Positions 11,501-20,483 are shown, counted from the first letter of the stretch. The stretch is DNA of 64,000 bases from an uncultured Candidatus Saccharibacteria bacterium (GCA_964447415.1 CAYUSN010000001.1:121727-185726); one strand, 5' to 3'. The notes: a model not told the origin generated them from the letters alone. Made by a program: numbers and translations.

Positions 11501-11796
11501 GCGAAGACAATGCACCGGAATGCAGTGACGGCATAAACAACGATACGGAGGATGAAGATATCGATTATCCGGCAGATATCGGCTGTGAAGATCGTGATGA
11601 CAACGACGAGTCAAACGCGTCCACTATCGTCACGGACTGTAACGACGGTCTCAACAACGACGGAGACACAAACGAGAAGGGGGTTGAGATGGTTGACCAC
11701 GAGTCAGTGACGCCGACGGGGTACGTTCCTGATCCGGGATGCACAAGCGTGCTTGACCCGAGTGAGGTCGAAGATCCCGACATCCGCGAAATCTAG
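8551..11796 (+). CDS. Large secreted repeat protein: PKD-like modules, two InlB B-repeat-like domains and an acidic Cys-rich calcium-binding-like C-terminus.
   Basis: Signal peptide MNTHKKIFLGLLVAAVLILPSSAFA. Two near-identical YTLTVTKAGTGSGTV…FAGWSG.GCTTGTV…CTATF domains. C-terminal CxDGxNND/DxD repeats. Start at 8551; the longer ORF reaches 8527. Confidence 0.75.
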   Translation: MNTHKKIFLGLLVAAVLILPSSAFALMPYGEGDEPPNNEPPGNPCSLNSPSITTGGITITGSTARGTFTNTSADCTYKIGIASYKINDQLSDYTEFINAQVLNDSDYTTVGPGASVEVSASIPSCDYQVDLYAYKGTNNVPIPPDFWYALSTTHRLFDYQMTGALVSCFRPTCSASPSTVAPNTNTTLTGSGGSAGYPYTWSGGGTPATGSGTTWATQWANPGTKTVTVTRAGQSNTCQVTVGGDCDYQCTLGITPSSGAPGASFTFNVQATGDNGYCSGAGTNRKFYIDYTNDGTYDATTPWTGCYESTCKDGAWTSAPYSSPGSYTAKGKMDWQNNPNGTVTRTCTAPVTISSTSYTLTINKVADPVTGDGTNYADVTSVDGQISCLGACNTDTGSYAAGATIDTITTITPPGTWVGLGAGSDPACADPMTMPARNVTCNMVFGLSQAPVCSPATQTVTTGQQASFTASAGTGTYSWSGGGTPSTGSGASWSTTYSTTGTKTVTVNSGGLIDTCSVTVTTVPPTNYTLTVTKAGTGSGTVTSSPAGISCGADCTESYSSGTSVTMTPTPAAGSTFAGWSGTGCTTGTVSMTTNRNCTATFNASVTNYTLTVTKAGTGSGTVTAPAGTGDGISCGTNCTEAYGSGTPVTMTPTATLGSTFAGWSGLGCTTGTVTMSANRTCTATFNLSQLSCAAVSPDVVVGDYARFNASGGTGSYSWSGGGIPATGNSNPFVTQYTSTGLKTVTVTSGTQNAQCSVNIIPVPASVCQVNVADVCGQIRVTSNIGTTWRITGADGKIIDQTEDAGTTPVVYDKTVCGMYSITNIPERAGTAPVVSPADSGDLVQGGVLEFNINYAAPVDLKANGKDSGVEVVQGTPAYLTWTTTETIEPGSCVASNDRNQPSWDGSKADKGEQNSDPIDAKTIFTLTCYNAKGAEFSDSVDVSPRPPVCNNDKDDDFDGFFDWDGAGITEPDPGCDGNPTKDSEDNAPECSDGINNDTEDEDIDYPADIGCEDRDDNDESNASTIVTDCNDGLNNDGDTNEKGVEMVDHESVTPTGYVPDPGCTSVLDPSEVEDPDIREI

Positions 11797-11815
11797 AGAA
11801 AAAAGTAAGAAATGA

Positions 11816-11852
11816 AGACAGCGCGCCCGTTGTCGGGCGCGCTGTTGCGTTT
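11816..11852 (+). terminator. Intrinsic terminator (ACAGCGCGCCC-gttgtc-GGGCGCGCTGT then T-rich).
   Basis: 11-bp GC stem directly after the 8551-11796 stop. Confidence 0.55.
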
Positions 11853-11980
11853 ATGCGCCCCGTCGTGTATATTTTTCCGTGCACGGCCAAAGAATACAGG
11901 CAGTCTCACATATACAAGAGGCAGAGGTCCTGTAGAGGTCGACAACTCTTTTAGAGTGGCCCGTGCGGTCATTTTTTTTA

Positions 11981-12278
11981 TCCAGCACTTAACTTTGTCT
12001 TGCTAGTGTGAGCGCGTGATCTACGTATACGTGCTACAAAACAAGTCTGGCGAGCTGTACATCGGGTCAACAAACAATCTAAAGCGAAGAATGTTTGAGC
12101 ACGAGAAAGGTCTATCGGCTTCAACAAAACACACTTCGTGGAAGTTGGTGTATTACGAGACGTATATTTCCAGTGTTGATGGGCGAGAGCGCGAGCATCA
12201 ACTGAAATATCACGGACAGGCGAAACGTCATTTAAAGAATCGGCTCAAACATTCTTTAAGACAAAGTTAAGTGCCGGA
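11981..12278. mobile_element. Hairpin element, copy B. A 21-bp inverted repeat (TCCAGCACTTAACTTTGTCTT / AAGACAAAGTTAAGTGCCGGA, one mismatch) encloses the whole GIY-YIG ORF.
   Basis: The arms bracket 12016-12270, and the right arm overlaps the stop codon. Same conserved tips as copies A, C and D. Confidence 0.5.
12016..12270 (+). CDS. Small GIY-YIG nuclease family protein (UPF0213/YhbQ-like), 84 aa.
   Basis: N-terminal (V)IYVYVL…GELYIGSTNNLKRR…EH motif matches the GIY-YIG fold. GTG start. Confidence 0.7.
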   Translation: MIYVYVLQNKSGELYIGSTNNLKRRMFEHEKGLSASTKHTSWKLVYYETYISSVDGREREHQLKYHGQAKRHLKNRLKHSLRQS

Positions 12279-12297
12279 TGAATTTAAGAAAAACACT

Positions 12298-12804
12298 ATG
12301 GCAGTTACACGGCAGAAAAAAGAGGCGACGCTTGAAAAGCTTCAGAGCATTTTCAAGAACGCCGCAACCGCGGTCTTCGTGAATTTTCACGGACTGACGG
12401 TTTCCGATGTCTCCGACGTGCGTCGCACACTCAAAGGTGAGGGTATCGGCTACATGGTTGCAAAAAAAACGCTCATCAAAAAAGCGTTGCCGACGTCCGG
12501 TGCAGAAGGCGAGATGCCCTCACTTGACGGTGAAGTCGCCGTTGCGCACATTCCCGGAGGCGACGGAGCGGATATCACGGCTCCTGCGCGCGGCATTCAC
12601 GCATTTGCGAAGAAATTCGAAAACCGCATCGCGATTCTCGGAGGCATCTTCGGAGGCAAACTTCTCAACCGAGAAGAAATGCTTGAGATTGCGACCATTC
12701 CGTCTATGCACACGCTGCAGGGGATGTTCGTCAACGTCATCAGCGCGCCCATTCAGGGTTTTGTGGTGGCGCTTCAGGCAATTGCGGACAAGAAAAGCAA
12801 TTAA
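12298..12804 (+). CDS. rplJ: 50S ribosomal protein L10.
   Basis: L10 conservation (…VNFHGLTVSDVSDVRRTL…). ATG at 12298 preferred over the in-frame GTG at 12271, which lies inside the repeat arm. Confidence 0.85.
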   Translation: MAVTRQKKEATLEKLQSIFKNAATAVFVNFHGLTVSDVSDVRRTLKGEGIGYMVAKKTLIKKALPTSGAEGEMPSLDGEVAVAHIPGGDGADITAPARGIHAFAKKFENRIAILGGIFGGKLLNREEMLEIATIPSMHTLQGMFVNVISAPIQGFVVALQAIADKKSN

Positions 12805-12805
12805 T

Positions 12806-12935
12806 AAAAAAGCACGAAGCACGAAATACGAATCTCGAAACAAACTCGAAATCAGAAATTCTAATGTTTAAAACATTCAGGTTTCGAAATTAGATATTGT
12901 TTCGGATTTCGACATTCGGATTTCGAAATTAACTC
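12806..12935. repeat. ~125-bp palindromic intergenic repeat, copy 1, between rplJ and rplL.
   Basis: Left half AAGCACGAA…CGAAATACGAATCTCGAAACAAA pairs with right half TTTGTTTCGGATTTCGACATTCGGATTTCGAAATT. Apex palindrome AATGTTTAAAACATT at 12863-12877. Confidence 0.7.
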
Positions 12936-12942
12936 AAAAACT

Positions 12943-13356
12943 ATGTCAGATGAAGCAACAGTACAGGCGGGAGCGGACGAGAAGGTAGAAGTTCCCGCGC
13001 AATTCAAGGATTTGGTTTCAAAAATCGAAACCATGTCAGTGATTGAACTCAACGAGCTCGTCAAAGTGCTCGAGAAAAAATTCGGCGTCTCGGCGGTTGC
13101 AGCAGCGGCAGCACCTGCCGCAGCAGCGGCAGGCGAGGAAGAGAAGTCGGAGTACACCGTTGAGCTTACGTCAGTTGGCGACAACAAAATCGCCGTCATC
13201 AAGGCGGTGAAGGAAGTCTCGGGTCTCGGCCTCAAGGAGGCAAAAGATCTCGTTGACGGCGCACCGGGCGTCATCAAAGAGGCGGTCAAGAAAGAAGACG
13301 CCGAGGTGATGAAGAAAAAAATCGAGGAAGCAGGTGGCAAAGTGACTCTTAAATAG
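12943..13356 (+). CDS. rplL: 50S ribosomal protein L7/L12.
   Basis: Typical L7/L12: an N-terminal helix, an Ala-rich hinge and a C-terminal domain (…[11 protein letters not shown]…). Confidence 0.9.
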   Translation: MSDEATVQAGADEKVEVPAQFKDLVSKIETMSVIELNELVKVLEKKFGVSAVAAAAAPAAAAAGEEEKSEYTVELTSVGDNKIAVIKAVKEVSGLGLKEAKDLVDGAPGVIKEAVKKEDAEVMKKKIEEAGGKVTLK

Positions 13357-13393
13357 AGTCACTTTGATCCGGAACCTCCCTATCCCCAACATG

Positions 13394-13436
13394 GAGAAAA
13401 CACCCCCCCCCTGCACAGGGGGGGGGGTGTTTTCTG
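13394..13436 (+). terminator. Intrinsic terminator with a homopolymeric stem: AAAACAC-C9-tgcaca-G10-TGTTTT.
   Basis: A C9 run and a G10 run form the stem, with an A tract before and a T tract after. Confidence 0.6.
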
Positions 13437-13472
13437 TTATCATGTATTCACATCTATTCATAAACTCTGCAT

Positions 13473-15476
13473 ATGATATATAAGAAACATCTCTTCCTCG
13501 TACTTGCGTCACTCATGTTGGCAACCCCCGTGTCTGCAGCAACCGTGCCGGTGTTTGATTGGGTTGCTGCACGAACCGACTCACTTATTGGTCTTCAGGG
13601 AGGATTCAGTGTGGCCTACACACCAGCAGTTGATTCGGCTGATGGCAGTATCTACATCTCGAATTTTTTTACAGGGACACCTGATTTTGACCCTGGAGCA
13701 GGAACGGATTCCATTGCTTCAAATGGAGAGGAGGATAACTTCCTCTCCAAGTTTGATTCGAATGGCGCATACCTATGGACAAAAACATGGGGGGGCACGG
13801 GAAGAGAGCGCACGCTAGGAGCCACAGTTGATGGCAACGGAAACGTCTATAGTGTGGGCACATTTTCAAGCACGGTTGATTTTGATCCAGGAGCTGGGAC
13901 ATTCTTTGCTACATCAACAGGCGGTACTGATAACTTTGTTTCAAAATTTGATTCCGATGGAAACTTTATTTGGGCAAAGACGTGGGGGAATGCAAGCAAC
14001 CAAAACACCCTCCGAATGGTTACAACAAACGATACAGGAGATGTTTTTGTGCACGGACACTTTACAGGTACGGTTGATTTTGATCCGAGCGCTGGAACGG
14101 CATTTGCAACATCAACGGCAGGGAATGATATTTTTCTTTCAAAATTTGACTCGGATGGAAACTTTGAGTGGGTGAAAGCGTGGGGAGGGACAGGGGACGA
14201 CGGTTCATCGGGAGTTAAAATTGCGAATGACGGAGCGCTCTTCTTTACAGGTATTTTTACGAACACAATTGATCTTGATCCAAGCGTGGCTACTGCCTCA
14301 TCAACATCAGCAGGAAGTTATGATAGATATTTTTTGAAACTTTCTACAACAGGTGATCTTGTGTATGCAAAAACATGGGGAGGAACCGGATTTGATTCTG
14401 CCGGGGAACTTCAGTTTGGGAATGGTGATGCGGTGTATGTTTTTGGAGGATTTTCAAGCACGGTTGATTTTGATCCAGGTCCTGGCGAGGCGTTTGCGAC
14501 ATCAACAGGAGGTTTGGACGCATACTTTTCAAAATTTGATGCTGATGGAAATTTCGAATGGGTAAAAACATGGGGAGGCTCGGGGACCGACGTTGCTGTT
14601 AACGCGGTTGTGAATGAAAACACCCTTACTGTTGTTGGATATTTTTCAAGCACGGTTGATTTTGATCCAAGCGCCGGAACTGACTCAAAAGTATCTGTAG
14701 GAGGACTTGATGTGGCCATCTCTACATACTCACCAGATGGAACATATATCCGTACGGACACATTCGGTGGTTCGCTCGACGATTTTCTTGATTCGTTACC
14801 ACAGGGCGTGGCCTTTGGTTCGGACACGCTCGTTCTCGCAGCCTATTACAAAAGCGCACCCGCCGATTTCGATCCAGGTCCTGGAGTTTCGTCTGCATCA
14901 TCAAATGGAACATCGCTCTACATTTCTTCCCTCAACCTCGTTGAAGCTTCAGTCGGAGTCTCCCCGACATCAGGTACTGCCGAAGAGGGGGGTGATACGC
15001 TCACCTACGATATTGTGCTCAATGCTCCGCCGACTGATGACGTCGTCATCACTGTTACCCCCGACAGCCAACTCTCAGTTTCCACAACAACACTCACGTT
15101 CGCCTCAACCACATGGGACACACCGCAGACAGTGACGGTCACCGCGGTTGACGATGAGGAAAACGAAGATGACCCGCACACCGGCGTTGTGACGCACACT
15201 GCGGCCTCAGACGATGCATTGTATGACGGCATTACCGTCGGAAGCGTGACCGTGTCAATTGATGAAAACGATTCATCCGGTGGCGGTGGCTCCTCGCGTA
15301 GTACCCGCGCCATTCAGGCACTCACCGACACCGAGCCCGAAACACTTCCGCCTGCAGTACCGTTGACACCCGAGCAGGTGCAGGAGGCAATAGTCAAGGT
15401 GAAACAACAACTCATCATCGTTATCCAACAGCTTATCGTGCTGCTACAGGAAGAGATTGCAAAACTCTCCAGATAG
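13473..15476 (+). CDS. Secreted SBBP-type beta-propeller repeat protein with a Calx-beta/cadherin-like beta-sandwich and a conserved C-terminal motif. Paralog 1 of 3.
   Basis: Signal peptide MIYKKHLFLVLASLMLATPVSA. About 8 repeats of the form …VDFDPxxGTxxATSxGGxDxFxSKFDSDGxFEWVKTWGG…. C-terminal …SSGGGGSSRS…QQLIIVIQQLIVLLQEEIAKLSR. Confidence 0.75.
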   Translation: MIYKKHLFLVLASLMLATPVSAATVPVFDWVAARTDSLIGLQGGFSVAYTPAVDSADGSIYISNFFTGTPDFDPGAGTDSIASNGEEDNFLSKFDSNGAYLWTKTWGGTGRERTLGATVDGNGNVYSVGTFSSTVDFDPGAGTFFATSTGGTDNFVSKFDSDGNFIWAKTWGNASNQNTLRMVTTNDTGDVFVHGHFTGTVDFDPSAGTAFATSTAGNDIFLSKFDSDGNFEWVKAWGGTGDDGSSGVKIANDGALFFTGIFTNTIDLDPSVATASSTSAGSYDRYFLKLSTTGDLVYAKTWGGTGFDSAGELQFGNGDAVYVFGGFSSTVDFDPGPGEAFATSTGGLDAYFSKFDADGNFEWVKTWGGSGTDVAVNAVVNENTLTVVGYFSSTVDFDPSAGTDSKVSVGGLDVAISTYSPDGTYIRTDTFGGSLDDFLDSLPQGVAFGSDTLVLAAYYKSAPADFDPGPGVSSASSNGTSLYISSLNLVEASVGVSPTSGTAEEGGDTLTYDIVLNAPPTDDVVITVTPDSQLSVSTTTLTFASTTWDTPQTVTVTAVDDEENEDDPHTGVVTHTAASDDALYDGITVGSVTVSIDENDSSGGGGSSRSTRAIQALTDTEPETLPPAVPLTPEQVQEAIVKVKQQLIIVIQQLIVLLQEEIAKLSR

Positions 15477-15504
15477 ACCGGAACTTAAAAATCAACTACC
15501 CCAT

Positions 15505-17484
15505 ATGACATATAAAAAACATCCCTTTCTCGTACTTGCGTCACTCATGTTGGCAACCCCCGTGTCTGCAGCAACCGTGCCGGTGTTTGATTGGGTGAAT
15601 ACGTGGGGAGGAACAGGGAGTGATTCCGGTTCGAACGTTGTTTTTGACGGAGATGAAAATATCTATACCGTTGGTCGTTTTAATGTAACTACCGACTTTG
15701 ATTCCAGTGCAGGTACCGCATATGCGACATCAAGTGGTGAGGGAGACGCTTACTTATTAAAATCAGATCCAAATGGAATCTTTGAGCTGGTAAAAACATG
15801 GGGTGGTAGTGGTGATGACACTGCTAGTTTGGTTAGTTCTGACGGACTAGGTGGGCTTGTTGCATCCGGACGATTCTCAAACACCGTTGACCTAGACCCT
15901 GACGTAGGCACTGTGTTTGCAACATCAAGTGGCGGATATGATATGTATCTTTCCAGATTTGATACGGACGGTGTGCTTGAATGGTCGGGTGTCTGGGGTA
16001 GTACAGGCAGTGATGTCGGTGCGTTTGTTGTCCCCACTTTCAGTGACGCTGTTTATGTTATGTCTAACTTTGCCGGCGTCATTGATTTTGACCCTGGTGT
16101 AGATACTGCCTTTGCGACATCAAGTGGTGGATTTGACATGGCCCTTTCCAGGTTTAACTCAGACGGCATTTTTGAATGGGTGAAGACATGGGGAGGAACA
16201 GGCAACGAAATTCTGGGGGGCAGTTCATCGGTGGGACTTGACGGGGTGGGAGGAGTGTACGTTCTCGGTAATTTTAGTGGTACGGTTGATTTTGATCCCA
16301 GTGTCAGCACCACTTATGCAACCTCAAGCGGATCAGCGGATGCTTTTGTGTCTAAGTTTGACTCGGACGGTACGTTTGAATGGGTGAAAACGTGGGGAGG
16401 AACAGGGAGTGATGGGGCGCGCGGGGTGTTTTTCGATGACGAAGATAATATCTATATGATTGGTTCTTTTGCGAACACCGTCGACTTTGACCCTAGTGCA
16501 GGTACCGCGTATGCAACCTCAAGCGGAAACGCTGATGCTTCACTCTCCAAATTTGACTCAGAAGGTACATTTGAGTGGGTGAAGGCGTGGGGCGGAACAG
16601 GTAATGAGTTTGTAGAAAACGGTGCGGTTAATGAGGGTGATGTCTATGTATTTGGTTCTTTTGCGAACACGGTTGACTTTGATCCGAGCGCCAGCACCGC
16701 CTTTGCAACTTCAAACGGATCAGACGACGCCTTCGTGTCTAGGTTTAACTCGGAGGGTACGTTTGAATGGGTGAAGACATGGGGAGGAACCTCATCAGAC
16801 ACCTCCAAACATATGAATTTTCTCGATGGAAAAGCATTTATAAGCGGTACTTTTCAAAACACCGCCGACTTTGATTTCTCTCTCGGAACAGAAAACCGAA
16901 CATCGGCCGGTTCCGGTGATGTGTATCTCCTTGTCCTCAACCTCCTCGAACCCGCCGTCACCGTTTCTCCAACCTCGGACAGTTTAGACGAAGCAGGTGC
17001 CGGCACTTTTGACTACGACCTCGTGCTTGCAACGCCGCCCGAGAACGACGTCGTTATCACCATCACTCCTGATGTACAGGTGTCTGTGTCCACCACGTCA
17101 CTCACCTTCGCTTCAACCACATGGGACATTGCACAGACAGTGACGGTGAGTGTTGTTGACGATGAGGAGAACGAAGACGATCCGCACACCGGCGTCATAA
17201 CGCACACCGCAGTATCAGATGATGCGGCATATGACGGTATTACTATCAGCAGTGTGACGGTGTCAATTAACGAGAACGACTCGTCCGGCGGCGGTTCTTC
17301 ACGAAGCAGTGTGCGCGCTGTTCAGGCAATCACCGATGTTGAACCCGAGACACCCCCGCCCGCAGTACCGCTGACGCCTGAGCAAGTACAGGAGGCGATA
17401 GACAAGGTGAAACAACAGCTTGTGGCCGTTCTTCAACAGCTTATCGTGCTGCTACAGGAAGAGATTGCAAAACTCTCCAGATAG
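15505..17484 (+). CDS. Secreted SBBP-type beta-propeller repeat protein, paralog 2 of 3.
   Basis: Signal peptide and C-terminal motif identical to paralog 1. Start MTYKKH at 15505. Confidence 0.75.
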   Translation: MTYKKHPFLVLASLMLATPVSAATVPVFDWVNTWGGTGSDSGSNVVFDGDENIYTVGRFNVTTDFDSSAGTAYATSSGEGDAYLLKSDPNGIFELVKTWGGSGDDTASLVSSDGLGGLVASGRFSNTVDLDPDVGTVFATSSGGYDMYLSRFDTDGVLEWSGVWGSTGSDVGAFVVPTFSDAVYVMSNFAGVIDFDPGVDTAFATSSGGFDMALSRFNSDGIFEWVKTWGGTGNEILGGSSSVGLDGVGGVYVLGNFSGTVDFDPSVSTTYATSSGSADAFVSKFDSDGTFEWVKTWGGTGSDGARGVFFDDEDNIYMIGSFANTVDFDPSAGTAYATSSGNADASLSKFDSEGTFEWVKAWGGTGNEFVENGAVNEGDVYVFGSFANTVDFDPSASTAFATSNGSDDAFVSRFNSEGTFEWVKTWGGTSSDTSKHMNFLDGKAFISGTFQNTADFDFSLGTENRTSAGSGDVYLLVLNLLEPAVTVSPTSDSLDEAGAGTFDYDLVLATPPENDVVITITPDVQVSVSTTSLTFASTTWDIAQTVTVSVVDDEENEDDPHTGVITHTAVSDDAAYDGITISSVTVSINENDSSGGGSSRSSVRAVQAITDVEPETPPPAVPLTPEQVQEAIDKVKQQLVAVLQQLIVLLQEEIAKLSR

Positions 17485-17512
17485 ACCGGAACTTAAAAAT
17501 CAACTACCCCAT

Positions 17513-19522
17513 ATGACATATAAAAAACATCCCTTTCTCGTACTTGCGTCACTCATGTTGGCAACCCCCGTGTCTGCAGCAACCGTGCCGGTGTTTGATT
17601 GGGTAAACGGAGGGGACAGTTCTCTGATAAATACTACCATCGGTGGTTCCGCCCAAGTGTATAAAGTTGAAGTTGATACAAACGACGGGAGTATCTATGT
17701 TTCCGGACAGTTCACCGGCACACCCGATTTTGATCCGTCGGGCGATACGGACGAAATTGCTTCGGCGGGCGACAGAGACGCCTTTCTTTCTAAATTTGAT
17801 GCGGACGGCGGATATCTTTGGACGAAAACGTGGGGTTCAACCGCAGCTGACATTATTCGTGATGCGCTTGCCGTAGACACGAACAGCGACGTCTACGTTG
17901 CAGGTTCGTTCAGAGGAACGGTTGATTTTGATCCAGGTCCTGGCGAGGCGTTTGCGACATCAACAGGACAGAACGATGTGTTTTTCCTTAAACTTAATTC
18001 CGACGGAGAATTTGTGTGGCTCAAAACATGGGGCAAAACAGGATCAGAAACAGGATTCCCGTTTGATATAGAGGAAGCAACGGACGGGGGGGTTTTTGTA
18101 TACGGCGGATTTGACGGAACGGTTGATTTTGATCCAGGTCCTGGCGAGGTGTTTGCCACATCAACAGGAAGTGTTGATTTTGTGCTTTCAAAATTTGATG
18201 CAGACGGTACGTTTCAGTGGGTGAAAACATGGGGAAGCACCGGTTTTGATAGCGCGACATCCCTACATGAGGGTGAAGACGGATCGGTGTATCTTATGGG
18301 CCTATACGCTGGTACGACGGACTTTGATCCCGGCGCGGGCGTTGTATCGGTCGGGACAAACGGCGGTTCCGATGCGTTTGTTCTCAAACTTGATACGGAC
18401 GGATTGTTCCAATGGGTTCGTGTATGGGGGGGAGCTTCTACCGACGTCGCATACAGCGCAAACACCGACTCTACAGGCGGTTTGTATGTAGCGGGTTATT
18501 TTCAGGGCACTGCAGACTTAAATCCAACTGACGGTACAGCGACCACAACATCTGCAGGAGGCACAGACGCACTTCTCATGAAACTCGATTCAGACGGCAA
18601 TTTTGAGTGGGTGAAGACGTGGGGGAGCACGGGGTCGGACGATGTTCGTAAAACGGTTTTCTTTGACGACGGGTATCTTGTTCTTGGTAGGTTTTCGGAA
18701 ACCGTCGATTTTGATCCTGATGCCGGAGTAGATGAGAAGGTGGCGGCTGGTTCGGACGTGTCAATGTCTCTTTTCAATTTGAATGACGAGTATATACGCA
18801 CCGACACGTTCGGCGGGGCGCTTGATGAGTGGGTAGACAACGCTCCTGACAATAATTTGTCTTCGGGTAAGGCTCTTTTCGGCGGTTTTCACAAATCAGA
18901 TCCTGCCGATTTTGACCCGTCGGGGAAGGTGGCAGAACACTCAGGCGGTGGGGTGGATACAATGTATGTTGTCTCCTTCACCATGACGGAGCCGGCTGTC
19001 ACCATCACCGCATCCGACACAACGGCGTCCGAGGCGGGCGACACGGCGGCGTATTCCGTAGTCCTCACCGCGCCTCCGCATGAGGACGTCGTTGTTACTC
19101 TTACACCTGACAACCAGCTTTCTGTTTCTACCACTTCACTTACGTTCACGTCTGCAACGTGGGACATGCCGCAGACAGTGACGGTTACCGCAGTTGACGA
19201 TGAGGAAAACGAAAATGACCCGCACACCGGCGTCGTGACGCACACTGCGGCCTCAGACGATGTGTTGTATGACGGCATCACCGTCGGAAGCGTGACCGTG
19301 TCAATTGATGAAAACGATTCATCCAGCAGCAGCTCCTCGCGTAGTGCCCGTGCTATTCAGGCGATTACCGGCGCTGGGCCCGAAACACCTCTACAAACGG
19401 CACCGCTGACGCCCGAGCAAGTGCAGGAGGCAATAGTCAAGGTGAAACAACAACTCATCATCGTTATCCAACAGCTTATCGTGCTGCTACAGGAAGAGAT
19501 TGCAAGGCTTTCTGTCCAATAG
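17513..19522 (+). CDS. Secreted SBBP-type beta-propeller repeat protein, paralog 3 of 3.
   Basis: Same N-terminus and C-terminal motif. Start MTYKKH at 17513. Confidence 0.75.
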   Translation: MTYKKHPFLVLASLMLATPVSAATVPVFDWVNGGDSSLINTTIGGSAQVYKVEVDTNDGSIYVSGQFTGTPDFDPSGDTDEIASAGDRDAFLSKFDADGGYLWTKTWGSTAADIIRDALAVDTNSDVYVAGSFRGTVDFDPGPGEAFATSTGQNDVFFLKLNSDGEFVWLKTWGKTGSETGFPFDIEEATDGGVFVYGGFDGTVDFDPGPGEVFATSTGSVDFVLSKFDADGTFQWVKTWGSTGFDSATSLHEGEDGSVYLMGLYAGTTDFDPGAGVVSVGTNGGSDAFVLKLDTDGLFQWVRVWGGASTDVAYSANTDSTGGLYVAGYFQGTADLNPTDGTATTTSAGGTDALLMKLDSDGNFEWVKTWGSTGSDDVRKTVFFDDGYLVLGRFSETVDFDPDAGVDEKVAAGSDVSMSLFNLNDEYIRTDTFGGALDEWVDNAPDNNLSSGKALFGGFHKSDPADFDPSGKVAEHSGGGVDTMYVVSFTMTEPAVTITASDTTASEAGDTAAYSVVLTAPPHEDVVVTLTPDNQLSVSTTSLTFTSATWDMPQTVTVTAVDDEENENDPHTGVVTHTAASDDVLYDGITVGSVTVSIDENDSSSSSSSRSARAIQAITGAGPETPLQTAPLTPEQVQEAIVKVKQQLIIVIQQLIVLLQEEIARLSVQ

Positions 19523-19545
19523 AACTTCTTACACAAACCCGCAAA

Positions 19546-19576
19546 AAACACCCCACAAAGGGGTGTTTTTGTTTTA
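19546..19576 (+). terminator. Intrinsic terminator (AAAACACCCC-acaaa-GGGGTGTTTT then TGTTTT).
   Basis: Hairpin plus U tract after the third paralog. Confidence 0.6.
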
Positions 19577-19604
19577 ATGAAGAATGCGTCTATAATCGGG
19601 GTGT

Positions 19605-20162
19605 ATGGATTTGCTTGCAAAACTGTTCGGGGATGTAACGCTCGTACGCCTGATGCGCTTTTTCCTGTTTCACCCCGACGGCGTCTTTACCTCACAAGCG
19701 CTCTCGGAACACCTGCATACTCCGATACGCGCGCTTACCGGACCGCTCTCATGGCTGAAATCAGCCGGGTTTGCAAAAAAACGCGCGAAGGGATGGACAC
19801 TCGACCCCGCGTTCCCGCACATGGTATCTCTGCGCGAGTTATTACTCGGCAACATGCTTGCGGACGTCTCCATCGAGGACCGTATTGCCCGCGCCGGCGC
19901 CGTGAAGCTCATCGTTGCCTCGGGTATTTTCGTGGAAGGGGACACTGATACACGAACGGACGTGCTCATCGTCGCCGACCGGCTCAATGAACGGGCGCTC
20001 AAGCGCGCAGTGGCGGGTATTGAGGCCGACTGCGGGACGGACATCCGCTATGTGGCACTTTCAACGAAAGATTTCCGGTATCGCATGGATATGAACGATC
20101 GTTTGCTCCGTGATGTCTTCGACTATCCGCACCGGAAACTGGTCAATAAACTCGGTGTATAG
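19605..20162 (+). CDS. Hypothetical protein, 185 aa. Possible N-terminal winged helix and a nucleotidyltransferase-like C-terminal segment.
   Basis: ORF with balanced composition. GIFVEGDTDTRTDVLIVAD resembles a Pol-beta nucleotidyltransferase motif only weakly. Confidence 0.45.
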   Translation: MDLLAKLFGDVTLVRLMRFFLFHPDGVFTSQALSEHLHTPIRALTGPLSWLKSAGFAKKRAKGWTLDPAFPHMVSLRELLLGNMLADVSIEDRIARAGAVKLIVASGIFVEGDTDTRTDVLIVADRLNERALKRAVAGIEADCGTDIRYVALSTKDFRYRMDMNDRLLRDVFDYPHRKLVNKLGV

Positions 20163-20187
20163 CCGTTCACCTTTTTTTCACACCCCA

Positions 20188-20221
20188 CCCGAAAGCATGC
20201 TTTCGGGTGGGGTGGAGCGCA
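20188..20221. repeat. Perfect 34-bp palindrome CACCCCACCCGAAAGCA|TGCTTTCGGGTGGGGTG.
   Basis: Two 17-bp arms with no loop. No U tract on either strand, so it is not a canonical terminator. Confidence 0.5.
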
Positions 20222-20483
20222 ATGAGCCTGTCGCCCAAAAAGACTCTCGCAGGGCGAGGAGCCCGAGAGGGAGCGTTCCGCCAGGAGGCGGAAACGCGTG
20301 TTTTTTGGGCGATTCAGGCGAATGAAGGGTTATCCACAAAGACGGTAAAGGACACGGCATGCGGTGCTATCATAAAAGACATTAAAAGTCGAAATAGCGC
20401 CCTCGGGCACGTTTTTAAGGAAAAATAAGAACTATCCTTGGAAACACATTAAAAATTTCCACTAGTAAACATCTCATTAACGT

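Noticed and set aside
20225-20430. Considered SRP RNA, RNase P RNA or 6S RNA in this non-coding stretch.
   Set aside because: None of the conserved motifs I could check by eye is present (SRP domain IV GGAAGG…AGCA; RNase P P4 GGAAAGUCCGG…ACAGAA). Left as an unexplained region.
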